Assembly: GCA_964220215.1 (NCBI GenBank)
Contig: CAXPTH010000008.1
Coordinates: 1-64,000, forward strand
Length of the DNA stretch: 64,000 nucleotides
From: Alteromonas sp.
GTDB lineage: Bacteria; Margulisbacteria; Marinamargulisbacteria; UBA6595
Direction: 5' to 3'
The position numbers were made by a program, and so were the translations under genes. The number at the start of each line of letters is the position of its first letter. The first letter of the stretch is position 1. Below, piece after piece: positions 19,503 to 28,539 of the stretch. The notes under the pieces are model-generated. The model did no database searches. It saw only the letters and a list, made by a program, of their open reading frames with translations, and was not told the origin of the DNA.

Positions 19503-20157
19503 ATGGTTGTTCATCCTGACGTGGCCCGTCATGGGGAGTATTGATTCAATGGTTATGACAGCTGTTGTGGATGCGATGGAGTCTATGTACGGGGATCCTG
19601 TGTCCGTGAATGCGACCTGGACGTTTACGGATTCTGGATACCCTACCGCTAATATTCAGTCCGTTCGGTTGGCATCGCCGCATCCCATCTATGCTGGGCT
19701 TAATGATTCGGTTTCGTTGGTTATGCGTGGAGATTCCGGTTCGGTGGTTGCTCCAATTCAATTGGATGTTTCAGTTCAGATACCGGTTGTTGTCATGAAG
19801 CGGTCCGTAGCCCCAGGGTCTGTTGTTCGCGCTGAGGATGTTGAGATTTCTATGTTTTCTGTGGATGCAGCTCCCTCAAATGTTATTCGAAGCAAACAGG
19901 CCATTGTGGGTAAAAAAGCCCGGAGTCATCTGCTAGAAGGACGCATGACAACTGGCCCCATGGTATACGATGTGGCTGTTGTGACATCGGGTCAACGGGT
20001 GCGTGTGGTGTTGGAGTCGGATGCCATTCAAATTGCAACCCGAGGCACGTTGCGACACGATGCGCGCATCGGTGAGCGTGTGGGGGTTGAGTTAGAGAAT
20101 GGTACTATGGTGGAGGCTGAGGTTCGAGATGATCAAACCGTTGTTATTCGGAATTAG
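19486..20157 (+). CDS. flgA: P-ring formation chaperone FlgA
   Basis: SAF-like C-terminal domain (VVVMKRSVAPG, VTSGQRV, GERVGV); position between flgG and flgH. Confidence 0.75.
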   Translation: MRKVTKWLFILTWPVMGSIDSMVMTAVVDAMESMYGDPVSVNATWTFTDSGYPTANIQSVRLASPHPIYAGLNDSVSLVMRGDSGSVVAPIQLDVSVQIPVVVMKRSVAPGSVVRAEDVEISMFSVDAAPSNVIRSKQAIVGKKARSHLLEGRMTTGPMVYDVAVVTSGQRVRVVLESDAIQIATRGTLRHDARIGERVGVELENGTMVEAEVRDDQTVVIRN

Positions 20158-20731
20158 TTTGGCCAGCGTTGTTTTGGCCAGCTCGTTGTATGAGTTAGCC
20201 GATCAAGGCAGTACTATTTATGCTGGCCGTCGCGATTTTCGCATTGGGGATGTTATTACTATTTTTATTTCAGAAGCAACATCGGCCGTTCAAGAGGCTG
20301 GTACTCAAACATCGGGCCGATCCATTGTGGATGCCCAATTTGATAGTGTGTGGAATCAGTTGGCGATGAATAACGGCAATGATGAGCGGCTTCAGCAGCG
20401 CCGTGAATATGGCATTGGTGGGGGCAGTCAGTACGATGGGGTGGGTCAAACCACACGAAAAAGCAGTGTCAAAGCGGTTATGTCGGGGGTGGTAACCCGA
20501 ATTTTTGATAATGGAAATTTATATGTTGTGGGTGAGCACCGAATTAAGGTAAACGAAGAAACAGAGATGATTCAAATTTCAGGTATTTTGAAGCCCGATT
20601 ATATTAACGATCAAAATGCTGTGTTTTCGTATCAAATCGCTGATTTGCAAATTACATTGCAAGGGGATGGCGTTGTGGCTGACAAGCAGACACCGGGTTT
20701 CTTTTCAAGGATTACATCATGGCTATTTTAA
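20129..20731 (+). CDS. flgH: Flagellar L-ring protein FlgH
   Basis: IGDVITIFISE, NGNLYVVGEH, ISGI.KP..I, QTPGFF; start taken as ATG 20129. Confidence 0.88.
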   Translation: MIKPLLFGISLASVVLASSLYELADQGSTIYAGRRDFRIGDVITIFISEATSAVQEAGTQTSGRSIVDAQFDSVWNQLAMNNGNDERLQQRREYGIGGGSQYDGVGQTTRKSSVKAVMSGVVTRIFDNGNLYVVGEHRIKVNEETEMIQISGILKPDYINDQNAVFSYQIADLQITLQGDGVVADKQTPGFFSRITSWLF

Positions 20732-21768
20732 ATCGATTGGTTTCAAGTGTATTGGTTTTAGCCATTGCGGCTAGTGTGTTGCATGCAGCGCCCACCGTTC
20801 GGGTTAAAGATATTGGTAAGATTTTACAAGATCGAGACAATCAAATTTATGGGTTTGGTTTGGTTGTTGGGTTGCGCAATACGGGGGATTCTCAACGGTC
20901 AATCTTTACCAATAAAGCCTTAACCAATGTGATTGCCCGATCGGGGATTTCTCCTGAAAATAACGATTTATTTCGATCCCGCAATGTAGCGGCTGTTATG
21001 GTCACAGCGCAACTGCCATTGTTTAGTAAAAAAGGGCAAACAATACCCGTGACGGTATCGTCAATTGGGGACTCCATTTCTTTGTCGGGAGGGACCTTGT
21101 TAATGGCAGAGCTGAAAGGCGCTGATAATAAAACCTATGTGGTTGCCCAGGGGTCTATTGTGGTGCATGGGGATGTGTCTCGGACCTCTCAGGCAACAAT
21201 ATTGCAAGATACGACAACGGTCGGTTTAATTCCAAATGGGGGGATTGTTGAAGCAGAAGTGCCCCGAACGGTTCAGGATCAGCAGTTCATTACAGTTGTA
21301 TTAAATCAGTCCAATTACATTACAGCGTCTCGTGTGGCTAAGGCCATGAACGATGCTGGATTTTTTGGTGCCATGGCGGTGGATGCAGCGACGATCAAAG
21401 TCCCCTTTCTAGACTTTAATGAAGGGAGTTTGGTGGATTTAATGGCGCAGCTTGAAATGGTTGAGTTGGAGCCGGATGGTCTGGCCCGTGTGGTCATTAA
21501 TGCCCGAACCGGGACGATTGTAATTGGTGAAAAAGTGCGCTTGTTGCCGGTTGCCTTGACGCATGGCAATGTGTCCATTCAGATTAAGAGCAATCAGGCG
21601 TTGGTTCAGTCTAAGCAAAACCCAGTTGTTGTGTTGGAGCCACGATCAACCTTGGATAGTTTGGTATCGGCTTTGAATAAACTGGGGACTAGCCCCAAAG
21701 ATTTAATTGCCATTATTCAGTCGTTAAAGGCATCAGGCGCCTTAATTGCCCATGTGGAGGTGATCTAA
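20719..21768 (+). CDS. flgI: Flagellar P-ring protein FlgI
   Basis: RVKDI, GFGLVVGL..TGD, NVAAVMVTA.LP, INARTGTIVIG. Confidence 0.93.
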   Translation: MAILNRLVSSVLVLAIAASVLHAAPTVRVKDIGKILQDRDNQIYGFGLVVGLRNTGDSQRSIFTNKALTNVIARSGISPENNDLFRSRNVAAVMVTAQLPLFSKKGQTIPVTVSSIGDSISLSGGTLLMAELKGADNKTYVVAQGSIVVHGDVSRTSQATILQDTTTVGLIPNGGIVEAEVPRTVQDQQFITVVLNQSNYITASRVAKAMNDAGFFGAMAVDAATIKVPFLDFNEGSLVDLMAQLEMVELEPDGLARVVINARTGTIVIGEKVRLLPVALTHGNVSIQIKSNQALVQSKQNPVVVLEPRSTLDSLVSALNKLGTSPKDLIAIIQSLKASGALIAHVEVI

Positions 21769-22089
21769 ATGGATGTTTCAATTATTACCAATAGTTTGAA
21801 TATGATTACGGATATGCATGCGAAAAAACCAACAACGTATGCGGAACATTTGGATGAGTTTCAAAAAGTCTTTTTGAAAGAAATGTTTACCGAACAAATT
21901 GTTGAAGGCGCCCTTTCAGATGAGCAAAATGATGGGCTTGGTTTGTACGACAATACGATTGCCAAGCAGCTAATGAGTCAGTTGTTAACGCAGCAATTGG
22001 TGAAGCAAGATGCCTTGCATATCCGGACGTTAATGGGCCGGTTTATTCGCGATGAGTCAACGAAGGAGACGGCCAATGAAATTATTTGA
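21769..22089 (+). CDS. Rod-binding FlgJ-like protein (no muramidase domain)
   Basis: EFQKVFLKEMF resembles the FlgJ FE.F...M motif; follows flgI. Confidence 0.5.
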   Translation: MDVSIITNSLNMITDMHAKKPTTYAEHLDEFQKVFLKEMFTEQIVEGALSDEQNDGLGLYDNTIAKQLMSQLLTQQLVKQDALHIRTLMGRFIRDESTKETANEII

Positions 22090-22384
22090 CCCAGCCATGG
22101 TTGCGTTGCAAAACGCCATTAAGCGATCGGCCGCTATGCAGGCAAACATAGCCAGAGATATTGCCAATAGTTCAACCCCTGGGTATGCCGGTAGTTTTGC
22201 CGATGCCTTGGAATCTGCTGAAAAAAAACGACGCAAGCGCCAGGGCTTGGAATCACAAAAAGCAACATTAGAGGGCAATATGGCTAGTTTGTCACGATTA
22301 AACTTGTATCATTCAGCCTGTTCTAAATTATTGACCACGAAGTTGAGCATTTTAAAAACCGTTGCAGCCATGGGTAAAAAATGA
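22076..22384 (+). CDS. flgB: Basal-body rod protein FlgB (short)
   Basis: IANSSTPGY motif; precedes flgC. Confidence 0.7.
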   Translation: MKLFDPAMVALQNAIKRSAAMQANIARDIANSSTPGYAGSFADALESAEKKRRKRQGLESQKATLEGNMASLSRLNLYHSACSKLLTTKLSILKTVAAMGKK

Positions 22385-22818
22385 AGGGCGTTTTTCTTGT
22401 GTTATTGGTGAGTATGCTGGGTTACGCACAATTGGGATCCGAGGATGCTTTAGCTATTAGTGCCCAAGGGGTTTTGGTTCAAAAGTACCGGCTGGAACTC
22501 ATTGCCAAAAATGTAGCCAATGCATTTACCCTGCGCACCGAAACCGGATTGCCCTACGCCAAGCAATATCCAGTTATTCGATCGCAGGGCAACGATGTTT
22601 GGGTGGATGGGGTTGCAGAAAGCCAGCAACCATTTGGAAAAGCCTTTGATCCGTCGCACCCATTTGCGGATAAGTATGGATTTGTTTACATCCCTAATGT
22701 TAGTATTTCAGAAGAGATGATCGACTTATCATATACCAATGTTTTATATGAAGCCAATACAACAGTATTCAAGTCAGCTAGAAATACGTTTCAATCAACC
22801 CTGGAGATTTTAAAATGA
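22381..22818 (+). CDS. flgC: Basal-body rod protein FlgC with N-terminal signal-peptide-like extension
   Basis: ISAQG..Q..R..LIAKNVANA, DPSHPFAD..G.V..PNV, YEAN. Confidence 0.88.
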   Translation: MKGVFLVLLVSMLGYAQLGSEDALAISAQGVLVQKYRLELIAKNVANAFTLRTETGLPYAKQYPVIRSQGNDVWVDGVAESQQPFGKAFDPSHPFADKYGFVYIPNVSISEEMIDLSYTNVLYEANTTVFKSARNTFQSTLEILK

Positions 22819-23255
22819 TTTCACCGATTCCACCAGTAACTCCGCAACTGCCCCTGTTGCCACTCGTGAATGAAAGCAAAGACAGCCCGTCATTTTCAGG
22901 TTTGTATGCGGCTGTGCTACAGGATACCACTGAAAAAATTCAGCGAAAAAAAGTTGAGTTGGATCAAAAAGTGGCCCAACTGAATACCATTAAAAAAGAT
23001 AAAATTGAGCAAGAACAAATCATGGAGAATTCTCCGTTTTCTATGATTTTTGCTGGCGTTGTTCGTGCATTGGATGATGTGAGTAAAATGGAGCATAAAA
23101 CCAATGATCTTATTCAGCGTTATGTGGACCGCAAAGCGTCCGTAGAAGAAGTCACTATGGCAACGGCTCAGTTGAACGTTTCAATCACATTGCTCAGTAC
23201 GGTGATGAGCTCGTTGAGTCAAAGTTTTAAAGAATTGCAAAATATGCAGGTATAG
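22815..23255 (+). CDS. fliE: FliE-like hook-basal body protein (extended)
   Basis: C-terminal EEVTMA...FKELQNMQV; position between flgC and fliF. Confidence 0.7.
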   Translation: MISPIPPVTPQLPLLPLVNESKDSPSFSGLYAAVLQDTTEKIQRKKVELDQKVAQLNTIKKDKIEQEQIMENSPFSMIFAGVVRALDDVSKMEHKTNDLIQRYVDRKASVEEVTMATAQLNVSITLLSTVMSSLSQSFKELQNMQV

Positions 23256-23261
23256 TAAAGC

Positions 23262-24746
23262 ATGGCAGATTTATCAGATATGGAATCCAATATAGCCTCC
23301 AAACAACGCTCAACGCGGCTTTTGGTTATTGTTATTGGTATTATTGTTGTGGGGGCGGGGGTGTTATTTTTCTTTCAAACCCGACCGGAAAAACCGGCTG
23401 GTGATGATACGGTTGTTGTGAGCAAAACATCGCCAGACAAGGGTAAGATAAAATACAAACGCTTGCACAGCCAAATGGAAAATGATGTAACGTCTCAGGC
23501 AATTAAAGAGTTAAGTTTGCACGGGATTGCCTTTGATGTGGAGCGCGCCGGTCGGTTTTTTAATTTAAGTGTTGATCGGCGGTATTACGAATCGGCCAAA
23601 AATTTGTTGGCTTTGAAAGGAATCCCTTCTCGGGGTGCCACGGGGTTTGAATTGTTGGATGAAGATCAGGGGTTTGGGGTAACTGAATATGATAAACGCA
23701 TTCGGTACAATCGCGCATTGGCCGGTGAATTAAGCAAAATGATTGCGCAATTCTATGATGTTCAAGATAGCCAAGTCCGCATTGTTGTTCCTGAGAAAGC
23801 GAGTTGGCAGAAAAAACAGCCGCCGGTGACCGCTTCGGTTTTGGTTCGTGGGGTCGATGGCCGTAGGGTATCGGATAAAACCGTATTTAGTATTATGAAC
23901 TTGGTTCAAAATTCAATTGAAAACTTAGAGTTTGGTAACATCTCTGTTGTGGATACCTATTCCAATGTGTTGTCCATCGGTATTGAAGAACGGATCAAAA
24001 CGATTAATGTCTCCCAGTCAACAGCGCCTGAGATCAAGCAAACGGCGCCGCCAATTGTATCCGTTAAGCCGAAAGCCCCAGTGGAAAAAGCGCAAGAAAA
24101 ACAAAAAATAGACCCCATTGATTCTGAAGCCTGGTTGGATGCTCGAAAGGCACTCAAAATCAGTATGGAACAGGCCCGGCTAGAAAAAATGAATACAATG
24201 TTGATGGGTGTGTTGCCCAACAACACCTATCAATCAACATTGTCCATTGAGTTTTCGGATGTGAAAGATCAACAATTTAATGCGGTGGATATTAAACGCA
24301 TGACAATTAGCATTGTCGTGGATTCGGATCAGATTCCCATTTTAGAACCGGTATTAAAAAAGAAAATATTCAGTGTTGTAGCTGGTTCTGTTGCGTATGT
24401 TCAAGGGCGCGATACGATTCAGTTGAATTTAGCTTCGTTGGGCCTAGATGCTTTGCCTGAGCCAGTGGCGGTACCCGATGCCAGCCCGGATTATAAACAG
24501 GGATTATCGTGGATTCAGAATTACCAATGGATTGGTATTGGCGGTTTGGCTGCCCTGTTGATTGGATCGGTTGGTTTATATTGGCGTCGCCGTCGGGCTA
24601 AGCAAATCGCTGCTGTGCCTCTGTATCCAGATGAATCGGCGGATCCCGTTGCCTCCAAATTAAAGGTCTTGGCCCGTCAAAACCCTGAGTCTATTGCCAG
24701 TATTGTGACTCGATGGGTAACGGATACCGAGGAGGCTGTGGTATGA
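23262..24746 (+). CDS. fliF: MS-ring protein FliF
   Basis: Two TM segments; GFELLD..GFGVTE...RYNRALAGEL, PVTASV, C-terminal NPESIASIV.RW. Confidence 0.85.
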   Translation: MADLSDMESNIASKQRSTRLLVIVIGIIVVGAGVLFFFQTRPEKPAGDDTVVVSKTSPDKGKIKYKRLHSQMENDVTSQAIKELSLHGIAFDVERAGRFFNLSVDRRYYESAKNLLALKGIPSRGATGFELLDEDQGFGVTEYDKRIRYNRALAGELSKMIAQFYDVQDSQVRIVVPEKASWQKKQPPVTASVLVRGVDGRRVSDKTVFSIMNLVQNSIENLEFGNISVVDTYSNVLSIGIEERIKTINVSQSTAPEIKQTAPPIVSVKPKAPVEKAQEKQKIDPIDSEAWLDARKALKISMEQARLEKMNTMLMGVLPNNTYQSTLSIEFSDVKDQQFNAVDIKRMTISIVVDSDQIPILEPVLKKKIFSVVAGSVAYVQGRDTIQLNLASLGLDALPEPVAVPDASPDYKQGLSWIQNYQWIGIGGLAALLIGSVGLYWRRRRAKQIAAVPLYPDESADPVASKLKVLARQNPESIASIVTRWVTDTEEAVV

Positions 24747-25165
24747 ATGGTTTAGAAAAAGCAGTAGCGTTAATTCAGGCCTTGGGAGACCAGGGGGGCG
24801 CAATTTTGGATCGGCTACCAGAATCGGTTGCCCAACAAATTCAGGATCAGCTGGATACTGAGATTTCTGTAACAGATGATTTGTATGATGAGCTTGAAAA
24901 AGAAGTCTATGTGCTGGAAACCCAACAATCGGCTCAGTTGGTCGCTGAGGATCAACGGATTCAGCGCATTATTTCTGATTTAGAAGGCGAATCCGTACCC
25001 ATGATGGCGTTTGTCTTGCAGCAGTTGGATGCGGATACGGCGGATTTAGTGATGGCCGGCTTGCCCAGTGCTCAACGGGATGCCATTCGCGGGTGTGAGT
25101 TGCAAGACAATCCAATCCAAGAGACGGTAGCCGCTGTTCTTATGGAAACTGTGCAGTTAGACTAA
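24743..25165 (+). CDS. fliG: Truncated FliG-like protein (N and M domains only)
   Basis: GLEKAVALIQALG matches the FliG N-terminus; M-domain-like segment follows; only about 140 aa. Confidence 0.65.
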   Translation: MNGLEKAVALIQALGDQGGAILDRLPESVAQQIQDQLDTEISVTDDLYDELEKEVYVLETQQSAQLVAEDQRIQRIISDLEGESVPMMAFVLQQLDADTADLVMAGLPSAQRDAIRGCELQDNPIQETVAAVLMETVQLD

Positions 25166-27432
25166 TGTTGCAAACGATACAACGCTACGTTAAGCAGCGC
25201 CAATTAAAGCCATATTATGCCACAGTATCTCGTATTAATGCGATGGAGCCAGTGATTCAGGCACTGTCTGATGATGCGTTGCGCAAGAAGACGGATGAGT
25301 TGAAAGCCACACTTGCAGCGGGTAAACCATTGGAGTCTATATTGGTAGAGGCGTTTGCGGTTGTGCGCGAAGCGGCTCGCCGAGTCCTGGGCATGCGGCA
25401 TTTTGATGTGCAATTAATTGGAGGGATTATTCTGCATAACGGCAATATTGCAGAAATGAAAACCGGTGAAGGAAAAACATTAGTCGCCACATTGCCGGCG
25501 TATTTAAATGCCCTAAGTGGCCATGGCGTTTATGTGGTGACGGTCAATGATTATTTGGCTAAGCGTGACTGTGAGTGGATGGGGGCGGTGTTTGAATTTT
25601 TGGGTTTATCGGTGGGCCTCATCCAATCGGACATGGCCCCAGACGATCGATTAAAAGCCTACGCCTGTGATATAACCTATGGCACCAATAATGAATATGG
25701 ATTTGATTATTTACGGGACCATTTAGCTACCCATCGGGATGACTGTTGCCAGACGCGTCGGCATTTTGCCATTATCGATGAAGTGGACAGTGTGCTGATT
25801 GACGAGGCGCGTACTCCGTTGATTATCTCAGGGCCGGTCAATGACTCAACGTCTCGATATAGTAAAGTGGTGAAGGCCTGTCGTTCGCTCATTATCGATA
25901 CGCATTTTACGTGTGATTTAAAACACAAAAATATTGTATTAACCGAGGCGGGCAATGAAGCGCTAGAGCAAAAGCTAAAACTGGATAGTATTTTTTCGGT
26001 TGAAAGCATGAGTTACGCTCATATGGCTGTTCAGTGTTTGCGTGCCATGCATTTGTTTAAACAAGATGTGGATTATGTGGTTAAAGAGGGCCAAGTGGTA
26101 ATTGTGGATGAGTTTACAGGCCGGCTGATGGATGGGCGACGGTATTCCGATGGATTGCATCAGGCTATTGAGGCGTGTGAACACTTAAAAATCCAAAAAG
26201 AAAGCCAAACCTTGGCCAGCATTACCTTTCAAAATTACTTTCGGATGTTTCCCAAGCTTTGTGGTATGACGGGAACGGCGGTGACCGAGGCGGATGAGTT
26301 TCGAACGATTTATGGGCTGAATGTTGTTGAGATCCCACCCAATCGTCCGTTGCAACGGACAGATCGTGCGGACTTGGTCTATAAAACACGGGCAGGTAAA
26401 TATGCGGCTATTGTGGAGCGCGTGCGGGCCTTATATGCGGAGGGGCGTCCCGTTTTGGTGGGGACTATTTCCATTGAGGCGTCTGAACTATTGAGTAAAA
26501 AATTTAAAGAAACCGGTATCCCGCATACGGTATTGAATGCCAAACACCACAGCCGTGAGGCTGAAATTATTGCCAACGCCGGTCAAGAAAAAGCGGTGAC
26601 CATTGCCACAAATATGGCAGGCCGAGGAACCGATATTAAATTAACAGATACGGTTGTTGATTTGGGCGGTCTGGCTATCATTGGTACCGAGCGGCACGAA
26701 TCGCGGCGAATTGATAACCAATTGCGTGGACGAGCGGGGCGACAGGGCGATCCAGGGTCTTCGGAATTCTATGTATCCATGGAAGACGATTTAATGAAAT
26801 TGTTTGGCTCGGATCGTATGAAAGCAATGATGGACCGGCTGGGCATGGACGACACAATGGTCATTGAACATGGATTGGTTAATCGCTCCATTGCCAAAGC
26901 CCAACAAAAAGTGGAGCAGCATTATTATTCGGCTCGTAAACAAGTGTTGCAATACGATGATGTGGTGACCCAGCAACGCCAAACCATTTATGATATTCGC
27001 GATGCCATTTTAATGCACGATAACACGTTGGCGTATATGCGAGGATTTATTGACGCTTTATTAAATCAACCGGCGTTTGATTCAGCCTTATTTGGGGATG
27101 TTTTTACAAAACCGAGTGATCACGAATCGGTTTCGGATGCGTATTATCGGCAATTAAAAACCCATTTTAGTGGGCATCCGGATGCGGTTGTTTCCGATGT
27201 CATTCGCTATATTGTATTGCGAACGCTGGACCGGAAATGGGTGGATCATTTGCAGGCGATGGACGCGCTTCGCGAAGGCATTGGGTTGCGGGCTTGGGGC
27301 CAAAAAGACCCCTTAATTGAATATAAAAAAGAAGCATTTGAATTGTTTCGAGAGTTGTTAATGGGCATTCGATTTGAATCGTTGGCTGTTATGATGCGGG
27401 TCATTTTAAAATTTGAAAAATCCCCGGCATGA
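25165..27432 (+). CDS. secA: Preprotein translocase ATPase SecA (compact, 755 aa)
   Basis: EMKTGEGKT, DEVDSVLIDEARTPLIISG, RRIDNQLRGRAGRQGDPG, QKDPLIEYKKE. Confidence 0.97.
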   Translation: MLQTIQRYVKQRQLKPYYATVSRINAMEPVIQALSDDALRKKTDELKATLAAGKPLESILVEAFAVVREAARRVLGMRHFDVQLIGGIILHNGNIAEMKTGEGKTLVATLPAYLNALSGHGVYVVTVNDYLAKRDCEWMGAVFEFLGLSVGLIQSDMAPDDRLKAYACDITYGTNNEYGFDYLRDHLATHRDDCCQTRRHFAIIDEVDSVLIDEARTPLIISGPVNDSTSRYSKVVKACRSLIIDTHFTCDLKHKNIVLTEAGNEALEQKLKLDSIFSVESMSYAHMAVQCLRAMHLFKQDVDYVVKEGQVVIVDEFTGRLMDGRRYSDGLHQAIEACEHLKIQKESQTLASITFQNYFRMFPKLCGMTGTAVTEADEFRTIYGLNVVEIPPNRPLQRTDRADLVYKTRAGKYAAIVERVRALYAEGRPVLVGTISIEASELLSKKFKETGIPHTVLNAKHHSREAEIIANAGQEKAVTIATNMAGRGTDIKLTDTVVDLGGLAIIGTERHESRRIDNQLRGRAGRQGDPGSSEFYVSMEDDLMKLFGSDRMKAMMDRLGMDDTMVIEHGLVNRSIAKAQQKVEQHYYSARKQVLQYDDVVTQQRQTIYDIRDAILMHDNTLAYMRGFIDALLNQPAFDSALFGDVFTKPSDHESVSDAYYRQLKTHFSGHPDAVVSDVIRYIVLRTLDRKWVDHLQAMDALREGIGLRAWGQKDPLIEYKKEAFELFRELLMGIRFESLAVMMRVILKFEKSPA

Positions 27433-28539
27433 GTGCGATCCAGTATGATTTAGTTCAGCAATTTGAGGGGAGTAAACAGGGGCTGTATTACCTCGGAAAC
27501 TACCTTTGAGATTGAAGCAAAACGCGATCGTATTCACCAATTAGACACAGAAATGGCGTTGCCCGGTTTCTGGGATGATCAGGCCAATGCCCAAACACGA
27601 TTAAAAGAGCTTAATCAACTGAAATCCGTCATCCAGTCGTATGAAAAATTACACAAGCAATCGGAAAGCATTAGCGAATGGATCGCGTTGGATGAAACGG
27701 ACGAGGAGTTGGTTCTTGAAATTGAATCGGATATTCGAGTCTTTAATCAATCGGTTAAACAGCTTGAAATTCAGTCGCTTTTAAATGGCAAATATGATTC
27801 CAGTGATGCGATTGTGGGTATTTACGCTGGCGCCGGTGGCTTGGATGCCCAAGACTGGGCCACGATGCTGTCCCGAATGTATCAACGTTGGTTTGAAAAA
27901 CAAGGGTATTCTGTGCGCGTTATTGATTCCGTGCTGGGGGATCAATCCGGTGTCAAAACCCTGACATTTTTAGTCAAGGGCCCCTTGGCCTATGGCTATT
28001 TAAAAACGGAGTCGGGCGTGCACCGGTTGGTTCGGATATCACCCTTTAATGCTAAGGGAAAGCGACAAACCTCCTTTGCCGCTGTGGATGTTGTCCCACA
28101 TTTTGACAACACACAGGATGACTTTGAGATTCCCAGCAAAGATTTGAAAATTGATACCTATCGGGCATCGGGGGCGGGCGGACAGCATGTGAATAAAACC
28201 GATTCAGCCGTACGTATTACCCATTTGCCAACCAACACAGTGGCCCAATCCCAAGACAGTCGGTCTCAGTCTGAAAACCGAGAAATGGCCATGGCTGTTC
28301 TAAAATCCCGATTAATTGCATTAAAAGAACAGCAGCAGGCGGATCACATTGCATCGCTGAAAGACACATCGGATAATGCGTGGGGGAACCAAATTCGATC
28401 GTATGTCTTGTACCCCTATAAATTGGTTAAAGACCATCGAACGGATTTGGAAAATTCGGATGTGGATGCCGTCTTGGATGGTGAATTGGGTCCCTTTATT
28501 CACGAATCTCTGTTAACCTTATATAAAGATGATCGCTAG
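27429..28539 (+). CDS. prfB: Peptide chain release factor 2, +1 programmed frameshift
   Basis: ATG 27429 reads 26 codons to CTT-TGA (27504-27509); the +1 frame carries the SPF and GGQ motifs. Confidence 0.93.
27495..27510 (+). promoter_or_regulatory. prfB +1 frameshift site
   Basis: GGA AAC TAC CTT TGA G at the canonical position near codon 26. Confidence 0.8.

Noticed and set aside
27463..27503. ORF-track N-terminus of RF2 (MRGVNRG...)
   Set aside because: Artefact of the +1 frameshift; the real start is ATG 27429.
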